Source: Owenia fusiformis
Lineage: Eukaryota
DNA: 64,000 nucleotides
Direction: 5' to 3'
Assembly (NCBI GenBank): GCA_903813345.2
Contig: CAIIXF020000001.1
Coordinates: forward strand, 33,666,001-33,730,000
Shown here: piece by piece, positions 1-13,371 of the stretch
How positions within the stretch are numbered: the first letter of the stretch is position 1
Layout of the letters: every line of letters starts with the position of its first letter
The notes under the pieces: generated by a model
The model's input: only the letters and a program-made list of their open reading frames with translations
Databases searched by the model: none
Told to the model about the DNA's origin: nothing
Made by a program: the position numbers and the translations under genes

Positions 1-123
1 AACGCATTCAGTTCCGTCTTTGCACGCGATTGCCGTATATACCTGTATGTCACGTATTTAGTACAAAATATGTGTATATATCATGCATTTGTTTCGAAAA
101 TATTTACACCTACCCCCCCCCCC
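1..123. mobile_element. Fragment of CAGGCCTGTCAAC MITE family (family A-like)
   Basis: Similar to 11130-11205 and, inverted, to 36730-36845. Confidence 0.7.
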
Positions 124-468
124 AAATTGACACATTCTCTCCTCTAAAGTGTAATTGTAAAAGATGTATTACATGTAAAAAGAAAACAATAAATGTAAAG
201 TTAATTAGCAATGGCTGTATAATATCCAAATTATTGGTATGCCACAGTTATATGATCAATTCAGCTATAACTATATATGGGAATGTGTTCATATTTCTTC
301 CAATTCCTGAATCCTCGAAATGCAAAAATCTTGAAATATGAACACTTCTTTATCTAAACGCTTCAATTAGGTCCATGTTGTGTTCAGATTAGATAGGTTT
401 TATACTGTTTATGTTATGATAGTGAATATTTTCTTTATTTTAACTTCTTCTTTTTGGTGTGGTTTCAG

Positions 469-570
469 GCATGCTGATGATTTGATTGTGACACCGTTTG
501 CTCAGATCTTGGCCAGTCTTCGTAGTGTAAGGAACAACTATATAACCCTGACACAGGTCTCAACAAACAA
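469..570 (+). CDS. Pde4: PDE4/dunce cAMP phosphodiesterase, internal exon (C-terminal half of UCR1)
   Basis: Translates [28 protein letters not shown], matching PDE4 UCR1 [23 protein letters not shown]; tttcag acceptor, gtaagt donor; phase 2/2. Confidence 0.96.
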
Positions 571-1708
571 GTAAGTACCAAAGGTTTGCCCATTCATTCA
601 TCTGCTCATGTGCAGTAAAACGGAACCAAAAAACAGAACTTTGCACAGATTGCCCCCTCCCCCATTGCCCTTGTGCATTTTTGTACACTTCAATGGAGGA
701 GGTGAGAATCGATCGATAGACATGCTTGAATTTGCATTCACTACATACATCACTCTGCACATAAAACTTATGAATCTCAACTTAGAAATTTCTCAATTTC
801 TGTCTGTCTGTGTGCATTTGCTTTGAATTTTCATTTGTCTTCCCCCTTCTCTCTGTCTGTTTGGACATCTCCTAGACCATTTGACCTTGGGTCCTCATAC
901 TTGATCAACATTCTAAGTGGGTTGGTGGGCATTCTACGAAGGTCAGAGGTCAAGGTCATTAAGGTATAAGTTCATTATCTAGGTATTTGGACCAATGATT
1001 AGGTGACCCGAGGTCAAGGTCAGTGTTTATGGGTCAAGGTCATCTCAAGGTCAAAGGTCATTATCTAAGTATTTGGTATTTTAAAGACCTTGGAGGTTGC
1101 TGTGACTCTTGGCATCCCATGACTGGGGGTTATATATATTTTACAAGCGGATCCAAGAGACCTAGTGGGCAAGTCCATTATTTTGCAGGGGTGACATACA
1201 CATATCAATTTCCAAATACTCATATTGCCTTATTAAAGAAAACCTTCTAAAAGTTAAGTAGTCAATAAATATCAGATCTGTAAATTCCGAAATCCGAAGT
1301 GAATTCAATAAAAACCAGATTAGAATGCACAAATACTGGATCATAGATTTTTTCAATGAGGGACCTGTTAAATGTTTCACCAATAGTCCATTTTCTCCAC
1401 TTAGTCACTCTTAGATTGAGCCAAGTATCGGATGATTGGAGGCAGTTTTGTTCAATTTTGCAAAGGGTTAATTTTATTCTCATCTGTCTCAACAAAACAG
1501 GAATATCCCAGAATTCATAGTCATACTTCTCTTATATAAACTATATCATTGATTGGCCAAGGATTCATCTATAACCCTGGGAAATGACCTCTTCTGAACG
1601 TAAAGCGTGGGAACATCTGATATGACCAATTCCCATGGCAGTGTGTCACCTGTCATTTCTCTGAAATGATGTACACTTTCCTCCAAAAGATTGGAAACAA
1701 TTGTAGTA

Positions 1709-2175
1709 CAGTAAAACCTGTATATCTGAACACTTGGCTAATCCTAACACCTCCCAATTTGAACATTTTTGGTCCTGTTTTCCTCCCATTGACTAAAATG
1801 TTAAAAAACCTTGAAATGTGAACACTTCCCAATTTGAATAGTGAACAGTCATGTTTGAAAAATTAACATATCTAATATGAACACTTTTCATAAAATATCA
1901 CATTTTCCATACAAAATTGCTCAAAAATTTGAAAAAAACTTGAATGATCTGACTCTTGGTTTGGGCTTTTTAGGATGGCTAAATTCATTTCAATCGGATT
2001 TTCATGTCACTTTAATGCCATAAAGCTATGTAGTTAAAAGAACTATAAATATTTATTGAGAATTTGTACCTATTTCTTCAAAATCCAAAATCTTTCAAAT
2101 GCAAAACCTCAAAATGTGAACACCTCCTAATCCGAATGCTTTAAGCTGGTCCCTTGGATAAGACAGGTTTTACTG
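1709..2175. mobile_element. Tc1/mariner-pogo type MITE
   Basis: TIR cagtaaaacctgt...acaggttttactg, TA on both sides; partial copies at about 250-408 and 3487-3805. Confidence 0.8.
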
Positions 2176-2199
2176 TAGGTACAATCCCCTCTAAAAGTT

Positions 2200-2590
2200 A
2201 CTGAAATCACTGGCTGGGAATTGGTGTTGGCTTACACACAGGTGTTCAATAGAGTAGACTCATATGTTCGCTGGGCACAGATCTTCACTAAAAAGATGTT
2301 CATTATGACAGTTTTACTGTACTGAAATCACTGGCTGGGAATTGGTGTTCACTATACACAGGTGTTCAATAGAGTAGACGCATGTCTTCACTAGGCACAG
2401 ATCTTCACAAAAGAGGTATTCATTATGATATTTTGACTGTACGGAAATCACTGGCTGGGAATCAGTGTTCACTTTACACAGGTGTTCAATAGAGTAGTCA
2501 TGTGTTCACTGGGCACATATCTTCACTAAAGAGGTGTTCATTATGACAGTTTTACTGTACTAAAATCAATAGCTGGGAATTCACTATATA
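2200..2590. repeat. Tandem repeat, about 120-bp unit, about 3.2 copies
   Basis: ctgaaatcactggctgggaatt...acagttttactgta recurs at about 2201, 2322, 2442 and 2560. Confidence 0.85.
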
Positions 2591-3189
2591 CAAAATTGAA
2601 ATGTGTGTATCATGCCACCTGTGCAAAATAATTGACTCGCCCACTTGGTCTCTTGGATCCACTTGCAAAATATATATAACCACGACTGGTTGACCTGAGG
2701 CTAGGGTCATTCCAAGGTCAAAGGTCAATATCTAGGTATTTGGTATTTGCTGTGACCCTTGGGGACCTATGATTAGGTGACTTAGGGTCAAGGTCAATGT
2801 ACAGGGTGTTTCATAATGACCATCCCCCTATCAACCCCCCCTATAACGGTCAAAGATCGGTATCTATGTATTTGGCGTTTTAAGGACCTTGAAGGATACT
2901 ATTACACTTGGCAAGCCAAGGTCATCTCAAGGTCAAAAGTGAATATCTAGGTTTTTGGGTAGTTTAGAAAATACATCACAAAGAAAATGCATTTTCTAAG
3001 ATTTTGGGGCTCCCAGAGGGTAAATTTAAATTATGAATTTCACTTTTAGATTTTTATGAAACAAATTACCTACATCATTATGTATGTTGTAATATTATAC
3101 ATTAATCAATAAGAGGTACTAAAGTATTACTACTACACATTTAATTTTTAAATGTTATTATCGAATTCAAATATAAATCAACTATTTTA

Positions 3190-3805
3190 ACTGAGCCAAG
3201 TATTGGATGCTTGGAGGCAGTTTTGATCAAATTTGCAAAGGGTTAATTTTATTCTCACCTGTCTCAACAAAACAGGAATATCCCAGAATTCATACAGTCA
3301 TACTTCTCTTATGTAAGCTATGTCATTCATTGGCCAAGGGTTCATCTATAATCCTGGTAAATGACCTCTTCTGGACGAAAAGCGTGGGAACATCTGATAT
3401 GACCAGTTCCCATGACAGTGTGTCACCCGTTATTTCTCTGTAATGATGTACACTTTCCTCCAAAAGATTGAAAACAATTGTAGTACAGTAAAACCTGTAT
3501 ATCTGAACACTTGGCTAATCCAAACACCTCCCAATTTGAACATTTTTTGGTCCCGTTTTTTCCTCCCATTGACTCAAATGTTAAAAAAACTTGAAATATG
3601 AACACCTCCCAATTTGGACAGTGGACAGTCCTGTTTGAAAAATTAACCTAATCTAATCTGAACACATAAAATATCACATGTTCCATACAAAATTGATCAA
3701 ATATTTGAAAAAACTTGAACGATCTCACTCATGGTGGGGCTCTCTAGGATGACTAAATTCATTTGAATCAGATTTTCATGTCACTGTAATGCCATAAAGC
3801 TAAGT
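3190..3805 (+). repeat. Direct duplication of about 1418-2030
   Basis: Colinear near-identical sequence from gagccaagta to gccataaagcta. Confidence 0.9.
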
Positions 3806-4260
3806 AGTCACATATCAAATATGAACAAAATTGCTCCACTACTTTTCAAGTACAGCAAAAATTGTAAAATAGCGTGTAATTAATGGTGGCCATTTTCAAA
3901 ATGGCCGCCTTCTTGCCAAAATATCATAAAACAGTGTGCCATGCTAATAAGTAGTCACATATTAAATATGAACAAAATCGCTCCACTACTTTTCAAGTTA
4001 TAGCAAAAATTGAAAATTCGTGTGTAAAAGCCGCCATTTTTCAAGATGACTGCCATGTGTTTCTTAAATATCTACATGTCTAGCTTAATTAATGTGCTAT
4101 ATAACTTTTTTACTTTTAAAACTCATTGCTATTACAGTTTTATATACTGTACCTAAATGACTGTAAAATCGTCACTAAAATGGCCGCCATTTTGACACAA
4201 GTGGCCATTTTGAAAATCGGCTATCGAGCAGAACTTCTACTCCCATAGGGTATATGTGTC
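3805..4260 (-). mobile_element. HINE-like fragment (family of 50622-51800), inverted
   Basis: Reverse complement matches gagcgattttgttcatatttgatatgtga repeats and the 50670-50870 segment. Confidence 0.7.
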
Positions 4261-4719
4261 TGCATGCATAAACTACGAAAAAAGCACTTGGTGAAAAATG
4301 TGTATACCTTCTGGGAGCCCCAGCATGCATTTTCTTGGTGTTCTATTTTCTGAACTACCATATCCAGACTATCAATGCTCATCAGAGACCTTCTCTGAAA
4401 ACTCCCTGTAGTGACACCCAATAACAACGTACCAACAACTTTACATAGCTAGTATTAATAGACGTTCAATTGAAAGGATAAACGTACGAACCAATGTACG
4501 AATTTAACAACGTACAAAATGTCGAACGAAGGAAGAATGTACATACTGTATGTATAAAGTACCGACATAGGCTACGGACGAAAGGAATAACTAAGAGGTA
4601 TATTAAGGTACTGATGTAGTAACATCAAAACGACCGGTACATACGAACAAACATGCTGAACAAACATGTTTCCAGTGACTAAACAACTTTCTATCTAATT
4701 CTTGTTCGTTGGAATGCTG

Positions 4720-4830
4720 TTCGGTATAATGCGCGTCGGTACAATGCGCGTCGGTATAATGGGTTTCGGTACAATGCCCGTCGGTAAAGTGTGCGTCGGT
4801 ATAATGGGTTTCGGTAATGCGCGAACCCCC
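4720..4830. repeat. 15-bp tandem repeat ending in gaacccc; solo terminus of a Mutator-like foldback element
   Basis: tcggtataatgggtt/gcgcg units; same architecture as the termini of 37974-39173. Confidence 0.6.
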
Positions 4831-4835
4831 AATTT

Positions 4836-5027
4836 AAGTAGCTGAGTAAGTAACTGGGTAAAAAGCTGAGTAGGTAGCTGAGTAAGTACCTTTTTAAGCT
4901 GAGTCATCCAGAACTAGATAGATCAGTAAAGAGCTGAGTAAGTAACTGAGTAATAAGCTGAGTAAGTACCTTAGTAGTAGTTGAGTAAGTAGCTGAGTAA
5001 GTAACTGAGTAAAAAGCTGAGTAGGTA
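4836..5027. repeat. 12-bp minisatellite (gctgagtaagta)
   Basis: Direct 12-bp period; related array at 17530-17645. Confidence 0.85.
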
Positions 5028-6052
5028 CAGTGGTGATTATTCCTGAAGTCAAATCAGCACGGTCCGAGAAGCGCGCGATCGGCAAACCGATAGGCCGCCG
5101 ATGGGCATTCTGATCGGTATTCCGATGGGTATGCCGATGGGCGATGGGTCTACCGATCGGCACACCTATGGACATGCCTATTGCTCACTGGTCAATGTAA
5201 TATACACAGATCAATAATTACAAGCTAAATTAATTGTTTTGCATAATGCGTTCTTTGTCTTATCTTTATACTAGGTCTTATATAATTTTATGCTTAAATC
5301 ATCAGAGACATCAACCAGTTTTAAATGTCTCTGTTTAAACCTACATGTTGTAAAGTTTACAACATCAATGGAACAGTCACATGTACTTTGTTAAATTCAG
5401 AAACTTTTACAGCGGGCGCGTAAGCTTATTGTCGGATTTTAAAATTGTTATTGTTTATTGGATTTTTATCTAGATTCTTCTTCTATTTTTACTGCACCCT
5501 AAGGTGCTATATTGTAATCAGTTTGCCGGGTGGGCGGGCGGGCGGGCGTCCCAAATAATCTTGTCTACAGGTTTCCAGCCAAACTGTTGGTTATAATGAA
5601 AACATGCGCTAACGCGCTAGCGCACTAACGCGCTGTTCAGAATGATCGTTCCCACAGGCCCGAGAACATGTATAAAATCACGCAAGTGAAGAGATAAGGT
5701 GGCGTATCAGAAGACAGAAGTTATTAAGAAGCCCAATGTTTGATTGTTAACTGTGCAAAGATTATCACTTGTCAGTGTGTTTTATCTGATTTTAAAGGAA
5801 GATAGAATAGAAAGTACCAACTTACAAGATGAATGGTCGCAGATATTCGAATATGCTCACTATTTCATTGCATTATTTAGGATCATCGGCGAGAAAAATC
5901 CCGTTTCGAAATTTGGGCCAGGGGCCTGACTGAAATAACTTGACTAATGACTTAATATAATGTATATTTGTCGCATATTACCTCTTAATTTTTCAAGTCC
6001 TTAATGTTTTAGATATCTTTACTCTTTGTATTTGAAGTTATAGTCTCACATG

Positions 6053-6434
6053 CAGGCCTGTCAACTGTCCCGCAATTTGCGTATTTGTCACGCATTTGCT
6101 GAAGAATTTGAAGTCACGCCAGTTATTTTTGCGTGACAGAAAATGTCACGCAAATACGCATTTTACCTGGTAATTGTCAAGCAAAAATATTTCTGTAGAA
6201 AAATTTCTAAAAAAGATCGTCTACACAGCAAAAATACGGACGCCGAAAAAAAACGTACGCATTTCGTTCGGACTTTTCACGCGAATTATGTATATGTCAC
6301 GCATTCCGTTCGAAATTATTCGTACCTACTTGGATCAAGGTGTTCACATTTGGACCAAGGTGTCCACATTTTGAGGGGAGGTGTTCAACATTTCCAAGTC
6401 ACTCATGTTAGGTGTTCCCAAGTTGACAGGCCTG
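6053..6434. mobile_element. MITE family A (CAG termini, 6-bp TSD; hAT-like)
   Basis: TIR caggcctgtcaact...agttgacaggcctg; TSD cacatg. Confidence 0.9.
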
Positions 6435-6927
6435 CACATGTCTTACCAAACAGTGGGATAATTCAGGCATCGCATTCCATTTTCGTGCCTGGTTACACTC
6501 TTTCGCTTTTTGAGGGGGGGGGTGTATAGGGTTATCATAAAAGAGGAGGGTGACAATTTATTGTATATGCATAAGAGGGGGCAACATTTATCGTATATGG
6601 TATCGTATAAGTTAAATAAATATGTGTTTAAAAGAATTAAAGCCTATTGTGAAATTTAAAGTACAGTTTGAATGAATGCAGCAGATCCAGCTTACTCCCA
6701 TAAATGTGGGGTTAATTTTTCTCTGAATCACCTCCACAATTACTGGGGTTGAACATAAGCTGGGTAAGTGGTTATTTAGATAAAATTCAGCTCTGTGTCA
6801 ACTACTGTACTTAGACAACGTTTTTTTTTTAACTCCTCAGATTTCAATACACAAGTAGTTGTGGGGGTGATTTGAAAAATCAGTCCCACATTTATGGGGG
6901 TAATCCAGGTCTCTATATGCCATATGC

Positions 6928-7042
6928 CAGGCCCGTAGCCATAATTTCCCAAGGGGGGGGCACTTTTTCAAAAATTCCAGAGTCACTTATTTTGAAAGAA
7001 TTTTGACCGGGAACCCTCCGAACCCCCCTGGCTACGGGCCTG
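6928..7042. mobile_element. Small MITE
   Basis: TIR caggcccgtagcca...tggctacgggcctg; no TSD resolved; related ends near 10377 and 21924. Confidence 0.6.
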
Positions 7043-7149
7043 TACAGCCTATTTGCCGTATGATTATACATTTGGTACTACGTGGATTCTTGCATTATGT
7101 TATTTCCTTCTGAATATTATCCAAACTTTTTGTAAAATATGGTAGTATA

Positions 7150-7969
7150 CACAGGCTGGTACCGAAAGATTTGTCCGCTGTGACGGAGCATGCTATTTTT
7201 CATAAAAACACTAAGAATGCTTCACAATTTATTTTTTAACTCATATGTTTCATTATATCAAAGATAATTACTTACTCCATGCAATGGATATATCATTTGC
7301 GCGTAACCTTCACTTCTGTTTGAAGTCCAATAAAGCTAGGAGTAAAATCTATTGAAAAACGGCGCAAGAGTATGAAACTCTAAAATGTACCATTTCTTTT
7401 TTAACTTTTTAATGGCAAGATATAGTGACACGATAATATTAACATATGTTTTCAGCATAACTCTGAATGTATTAATAAGATATTAATGCATTGGGTCTTT
7501 TTAATTTTTTTTATAAAAAATAATATTAATATTTTTTGTCCATTGTGACGGAGCATTTTTACAGTTCACATTTGCAACTGCTCCGTCACAGCAGACAAAA
7601 AAATTAAACATTATTTTTTATAAAAGAATTAAAAAGACATCTCATTTATACCTTCATAGTTATGCTGAAACCATGTGTAAATATTATCGTGTCACTATAT
7701 CGTGCCATTAGAAAGTTAAACAAGAAATGATACATTTTGAAGTATGATACTCCGGCGCCATTTTCAATAGCTTTTCTTCCCAGCGTAATTGGACTTCAAA
7801 CAGAAGTGAAAGTTACCCGCAAATGATATATCCATTGCATGAAGTAAGTAATTTTGTATGGTATAACGAAACATATGAGTTAAAAAATAAATCGTGAAGT
7901 ATTCTTAGTGTTTTTATGAAAAATAGCATGCTCCGTCATAGCGGACAAATATTTCAATACCAGCCTGTG
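7150..7969. mobile_element. Foldback MITE, about 400-bp arms
   Basis: cacaggctggta...taccagcctgtg; whole element is an imperfect palindrome; TSD not found. Confidence 0.85.
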
Positions 7970-10900
7970 GTTTAGGGAGATGTGAAAAATATTGCATACA
8001 CTGTATGTTATAAAAGGGGTGAAAAATACTGTAAATGGTATAAGAGGGGTGAAAAATTTGTATATAGATTTCCAAGACCCCTATAAACCCCCCTTTCATG
8101 TTTGCTTTAGTTTTTCTCAATTTGATTTTAGATTTTAAAAGTTTGAAATTACATCAGTCCCAGTTAATTACATTACCTATTTTACCAGGAATATTGTTAA
8201 AAACAGAATCATCTTGAGTATTGTATTTTCATTTTATTTCATGTAGATCTAGATTGGAATTAAAGTTTTAAATAGAGACGATTTGAAAAGTAATGTAAAC
8301 CTGACCAGCGTGTTTTATCATTGCCCGGTAATTGGCCGTAAATAATTATCAATTTTTAGTTACTCATGTTCTTTCAGGTCAAATACAGAGAAAAGTACAC
8401 GTTCATTTAGTTTTGGAATTATTTCCTAAATTAAAGTTGAATTCTGTTTTTTAACGGTGTGAAGAACATCTTAATTGGTCTTATATTTTTAGAGAAATAG
8501 TAACTTGAAAAGTGTAATTTTTGAGAGCTTTGTTTATTTTGTGCGGCCGCAAAGTTCACATCAAAGTCTGATTGACAGGTTAGCGGTGATTTATACAGCC
8601 TTTGAAGTGTCAATGTTTTGACAAGTTCCCAGGGAATCATAACCCTAATTATACATGTCCCTGGGCAAAAGATATAGACCAATCATAAACATGCGCTTAA
8701 AACATGCGCACAGATCGTTGGGGAAGGATCATTTTCTATTAGTGCGTTGGCGCGCTAGCGCGTAGCGCGTGTTTTCATTATAACCCAAACTGTTTGAGGG
8801 ATTCATTTGAAATTCTCAGGGATGTTTCTACCTATGAAAGTTTAGAACTGATTAGTTTTTCGGCATTCTGGGTAAATGTTAAGGCGGGCATTTTGGATTT
8901 TTCGTCCTAAAATCTTGTCTGTCAAGCTGCTTGTCTACAGGTTTCCAGCCAAACCGTTTGAGGGATTCATTTGAAATTCTCAGAGATGTTTCTACCTATG
9001 AAAGTTTAGAACTGATTAGTTTTTCGGCATTCCAGGTAAATGTTAAGGCGGCCATTTTGGATTTTCTGTTCTAAAATCTTGTTCGCAAGACTTGTCTACA
9101 GGTTTCCAGCAAAACCGTTTGAGGGATTCATTTGAAATTCTCAGGGATGTTTCTACCTATGAAAGTTTAGAACTGATAAGTTTTTTGGCATTCTGGGTAA
9201 ATTTTAAGGTGGCCATTTTGGATTTTCTGTCCTAAAATCTTGTCTGTCAAGTCTTGTCTACAGGTTTTCAGCCAAACCGTTTGAGGGATTCATTTGAAAT
9301 TCTCAGGGATGTTTCTACCTATGAAAGTTTAGAACTGATTAGTTTTTAGGCATTCTGGGTAAATGTTAAGGTGGCCATTTTGGATTTTCCATTCTTAAAT
9401 CTTGTCTGTCAAGGCTTGTCTACAGGTTTCCAGCCAAACCGTTTGAGGGATTCATTTGAAATTCTCAGGGATGTTTCTACCTATAAAAGTTTAGAACTGA
9501 TTAGTTTTTCGGCATTCTTGGTAAATGTTAAGGTGGCTTTTTTGGATTTTTCGTCCTAAAATCTGTGTCTGTGAAGGCTTGTTTTAAAAAATAAAAAAGA
9601 ATTTCCCATTGAGAGCAATGTTAAATTAAAACATTTTTTTAGAAATAACTAAACGGTCAATCTTTCCAATTTTCACATATTTTGTAATACATCAGAATAT
9701 CTTTTACCAGAATTTTTTCAGGAAAATCTGAATTGTAGAAAAAAAGCTGATATCCTGTGAAGTAATACCTAAAAACGTGTCTCTTGAGGGTTGTTTACAG
9801 GTTTCGTGGATTCATCCTAAAATTTTAGAGATGTTTTTATGGAAAATTTAGAACTGATTAGGTAAATGTTAAGGTGGCCATTTTGAATTTTCCATCCCGA
9901 AAAGTGCATTCTGTTCAAGGGTGCGATGCTGTTCACCGTGTGGCTTATTTTTATTTGGGAACATATATTTTTTTTATTATTAGAGAACCCAGGAAAGCAA
10001 AACATGTACAACAATTACTATTACTAATTAAGCTAATGGCCACTTGGCTTGGTGTATTTCCATACTCATTTATAAAGTTCAAAAGACTAGCGCGTTCTTA
10101 TAAATAAATAAATGAATAATGCAAACCACTTTGTTTTTATTCAATACAAGATATTATTGAAATAGATTTTTTTTGCATGTTACATAATATAAGCTTATGT
10201 TGTTACAGTTTATAGCATGCTATTTTATTAATTTTGATACTGTTTTACTGCTGCCGCTGCAGATGTTTATTTCTTCTGAATATTTAGCAAATATTGTGGT
10301 GAATACCTGTACATCACAAGTGATACTAGTATTCCACGAATCCCCCCCCCCCTTTGAAAATCCTGGATGCGGGCCTGGGTATCAATGCTGAATTTTGATA
10401 TTCATTTTGAAACACCACTACGACTGGCCACTACACTACAGTATGACTCGCTATTGCTCAAGTCATATAGTATGCATGTATGAATGCGTGAAATCTCTCG
10501 GTATCGAATGTCGCGATCGGAACATTCACTGGTTTAATCCCCTGACACCATTGTGTGATCTACTGCAAGTATAACCCTTTGGAATTCCAAAGGCTTAGAT
10601 AAAGTGAGACTCCCATAGGTCAGAATGTCCCGACACACGAAATCAGAATGACAGAACAAATAATTTTGAATACCATGGCCAGAGACTAAATCTATGTGTG
10701 GGAGGTAGGGAACCGCACAATTTCTAATTCCAATGCTGCCCTTGTGTTTTATCAACGTTATACAATGATGCAAACAAAACAGATTGTAATAAATCTTATT
10801 CTAATTTTAATTCCTACAGGAATGTACTAAAAACCCTTCGACCTACGACCCTTCGACCCTACGACTTATTGGGTGTCAAGAATTTTTGGAATATATTTTA

Positions 10901-11287
10901 TTGAAAAACCCTTCGACCTCTGATTTCCCAGTCCAGTTTAATAAATGATTACGTATACTGCTCTGTCAACCCTCACGCATTAGGCGTGATTGTCACGCAT
11001 TTGCTGGAAAAATAGAAATCACGCATCAATTTAGCGTGTATGATCAAATATCACGCAAATCACGCATTTTGTTGAAATGTAAAAAAAAAATTTTTGACAC
11101 GGTAAAATACCGAACGGCGAAAAAAAGCGAACGCATTCCGTTCGGTCTTTGCATGCGAGTGCCGTTTATGTCACGCATTTGGTACAATATATGTGTATAT
11201 ACACCATTAAAAAGCTTAATTCACCGATAATTTAAGAAAGGAATGTACTAAAAACCCTTCGACCTACGACCCTTCGACCCTACGACT

Positions 11288-12345
11288 TTTTTTTTTTTTA
11301 ATCATTTTATTTAACCTAGAAGGTAACAGTGTACAAGTACCATTATAACCCTCTAGGGTTCTACAATATATACATTACAAATAGCATGTAAACTTAAATA
11401 AAACTTAAATAAATATGTCAGATGAATCTCTGGGTGTGTTCAATGAACTTCTGTACGTGAGTAAATATAGTTAAATTATCGTTGACGGATATGGCATCAC
11501 TGCCATGTATAAGTAATTGGATTTTTGAATGTTTTGCTAAGTTCCGGTAGTTCCCAGTGTTCCCAATATCTCTCACTAGGGTGGCACGTGGGGCAGCATA
11601 AAGGGGACAGTCAAAGAGAAAATGAGAGATATCTTCTTTAAAATAGCCACAAGGACAGTTTTGAAAGTCAATAAGATGATAAGAAAAACGCTGAGCATTC
11701 AAAGCACTAAGACCCATACGAATTCGAGAATGATTGATTGATGATCTGCTTGCCTTTAAGGAATATAGTGGATTTTTGGGATTGCAATGGGATAGTTTGT
11801 ATTTGTGTTTGAAAAGAGGAAGGTAGCTGATGCTTTTAAGTTCTTCGCTTAGATTGTTCCATTTATTTAAAATATAAGGTAGGAAAGAGGAGGAGGTCAT
11901 TTTTAATCGGCAGTGGGGTAATCTAAAATCATGGATGTTTCTGAGTGAGTATCTCTGTTGGGGGTTTTGGATGAATGGTTGAATCAGGTCACTTAGGTAT
12001 TGGGGTGCATTTTTATTAGAAATTTTATGAAACAGGAATAGAGCATGCATTTCTCTTCTTTTCTTTAATGTATCCCAGCCAAGCTCTTTCAAAATATTAT
12101 TGTAGTTAGTGTGTCTATAAGCTCTGGTACATATAATTGCTGCATCCCTCTGAACTTTTTCTAAGATTTTGCTTTGGTTATCAGTACAGTTATTGTATAT
12201 GACATCACAATATTCTAAGACAGATCTTACCATTGAAAAGTAGAGAGTTTCTAAGTGTTTTTTATCAAGATTGTATCTAAAAGCAGATCTTTTTATTAGG
12301 GATAGGCGCTGATTTGCTTTTGAGGCAAGTTTATTTATATGAGAG
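11288..12345 (-). mobile_element. 5'-truncated CR1-like LINE (3' end of ORF2)
   Basis: Frame open from the truncation point to the stop at 11418 (HINKLASKANQRL...LYFSMVRSVLEYCDVIY...LEKVQR...CPCG...HFLFDCPLY); poly(A) tail; 15-bp TSD ttcgaccctacgact. Confidence 0.9.
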
Positions 12346-13371
12346 TTCGACCCTACGACTTACTGGGTGTCAAACATTTTTGGAATATATTTTATTGAAA
12401 AACCCTTCGACCTCTGATTTCCCAGTCCAGTTTACTAAATGATTACGTATAGTTCCAACTTGAGCTCCCTGTGCACGCAAATACGCATTTACCTGGTAAT
12501 TGTCAAGCAAAAATGTTTCAGTAGAAAAATTTCTAAAAAAGTTCGTCTACACTGCAAAAATACGAACGCCGAAAAAAAAACGGACGCATTTCGTTCGGAC
12601 TTTTCACGCGAATTACGTATATGTCACGCATTACGTTCGAAATTTTTCGTCTTATTTTACTTTTTTACTAAAACTTGAAAAGTAGTTGAACGATTTTGAG
12701 ATCAAAAGTTCGATGGGATTTGCTCCACCTCGTGTTGCTGTTATCTAGTTCTGAAATGTTTCATATCTATGTCTAATAAATATAGTTGTATAGATGTGTT
12801 TGTAATAACCTTTATGCCCTTAAAATGTATATATTCAGGGGGGGACATTCGTGGGTTCAAGTGGACCACTCCATTGGCCAAATATTCTCTCAAAATCAAT
12901 ACAATTTTTCACGATTCTGAGCATTTTCAAGATTTCTGGGCTACTTGAAAATTGTCAAATGTTCACCCGTTGATCCTTTTGAAAAACTTAAATTGGCAAA
13001 AGCTGGTTATACGAACCTGATATGACCTAGCTTGCAAGCTTTTTCTTGACGGTTTGTGTTTATTTTCTTTGTACCCTTGCATGCTTTGGATTTTGTAGGA
13101 TGCAAAACAAAGAATCTACTTATTTAGTTGGCATTAGATTCTTAACTCCTGAAAATATGCACGATGCGCCACTATTACAATGTGATGGGAAAAGCACAAA
13201 TATTTTTACTGAGGAGGTAAGAAACGTTCACATTCGAATGTGCTTGAATACATTAAACCTGCACATCGCTCCAAAACGCAATATGTTGACATATATTGTT
13301 TTTACATTTTAAATAAAAAAAAAATTATTTGCGTAATGTCAAAGAACAATCATTTAGTTAAAAAAAATAAA

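Larger units (their letters stand above)
1128..2681. mobile_element. Non-autonomous Mutator-like element
   Basis: About 90-bp imperfect TIRs (ggttatatatattttacaagcggatccaagagacc / ggtctcttggatccacttgcaaaatatatataacc); degenerate 9-bp TSD atgactggg/acgactggt. Confidence 0.65.
870..2960. repeat. Degenerate TCAAGGTCA-rich interspersed repeat, split by the 1128-2681 insertion
   Basis: gattaggtgacc..aggtcaaggtca units at 870-1120 and 2690-2960; same family at 31150-31850. Confidence 0.6.
5589..8785. mobile_element. Non-autonomous Mutator-like element, 3.2 kb
   Basis: TIR ggttataatgaaaaca.gcgcta / tagcgcgtgttttcattataacc; perfect 9-bp TSD caaactgtt. Confidence 0.9.
5487..9955 (+). mobile_element. 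Helentron-associated (HINE-like) element with about 162-bp internal tandem repeats, interrupted by 5589-8785
   Basis: 5' T-run plus gcaccctaaggtgc hairpin plus (ggcg)n; repeats at 8790-9580; 3' aagggtgc subTIR and T-run. Confidence 0.7.

Noticed and set aside
6143..6529. Recurrent LDQGVHILRGGVQHFQVTHVRCSQVDRP peptides as a gene family
   Set aside because: All fall within MITE family A copies and frames are broken between copies
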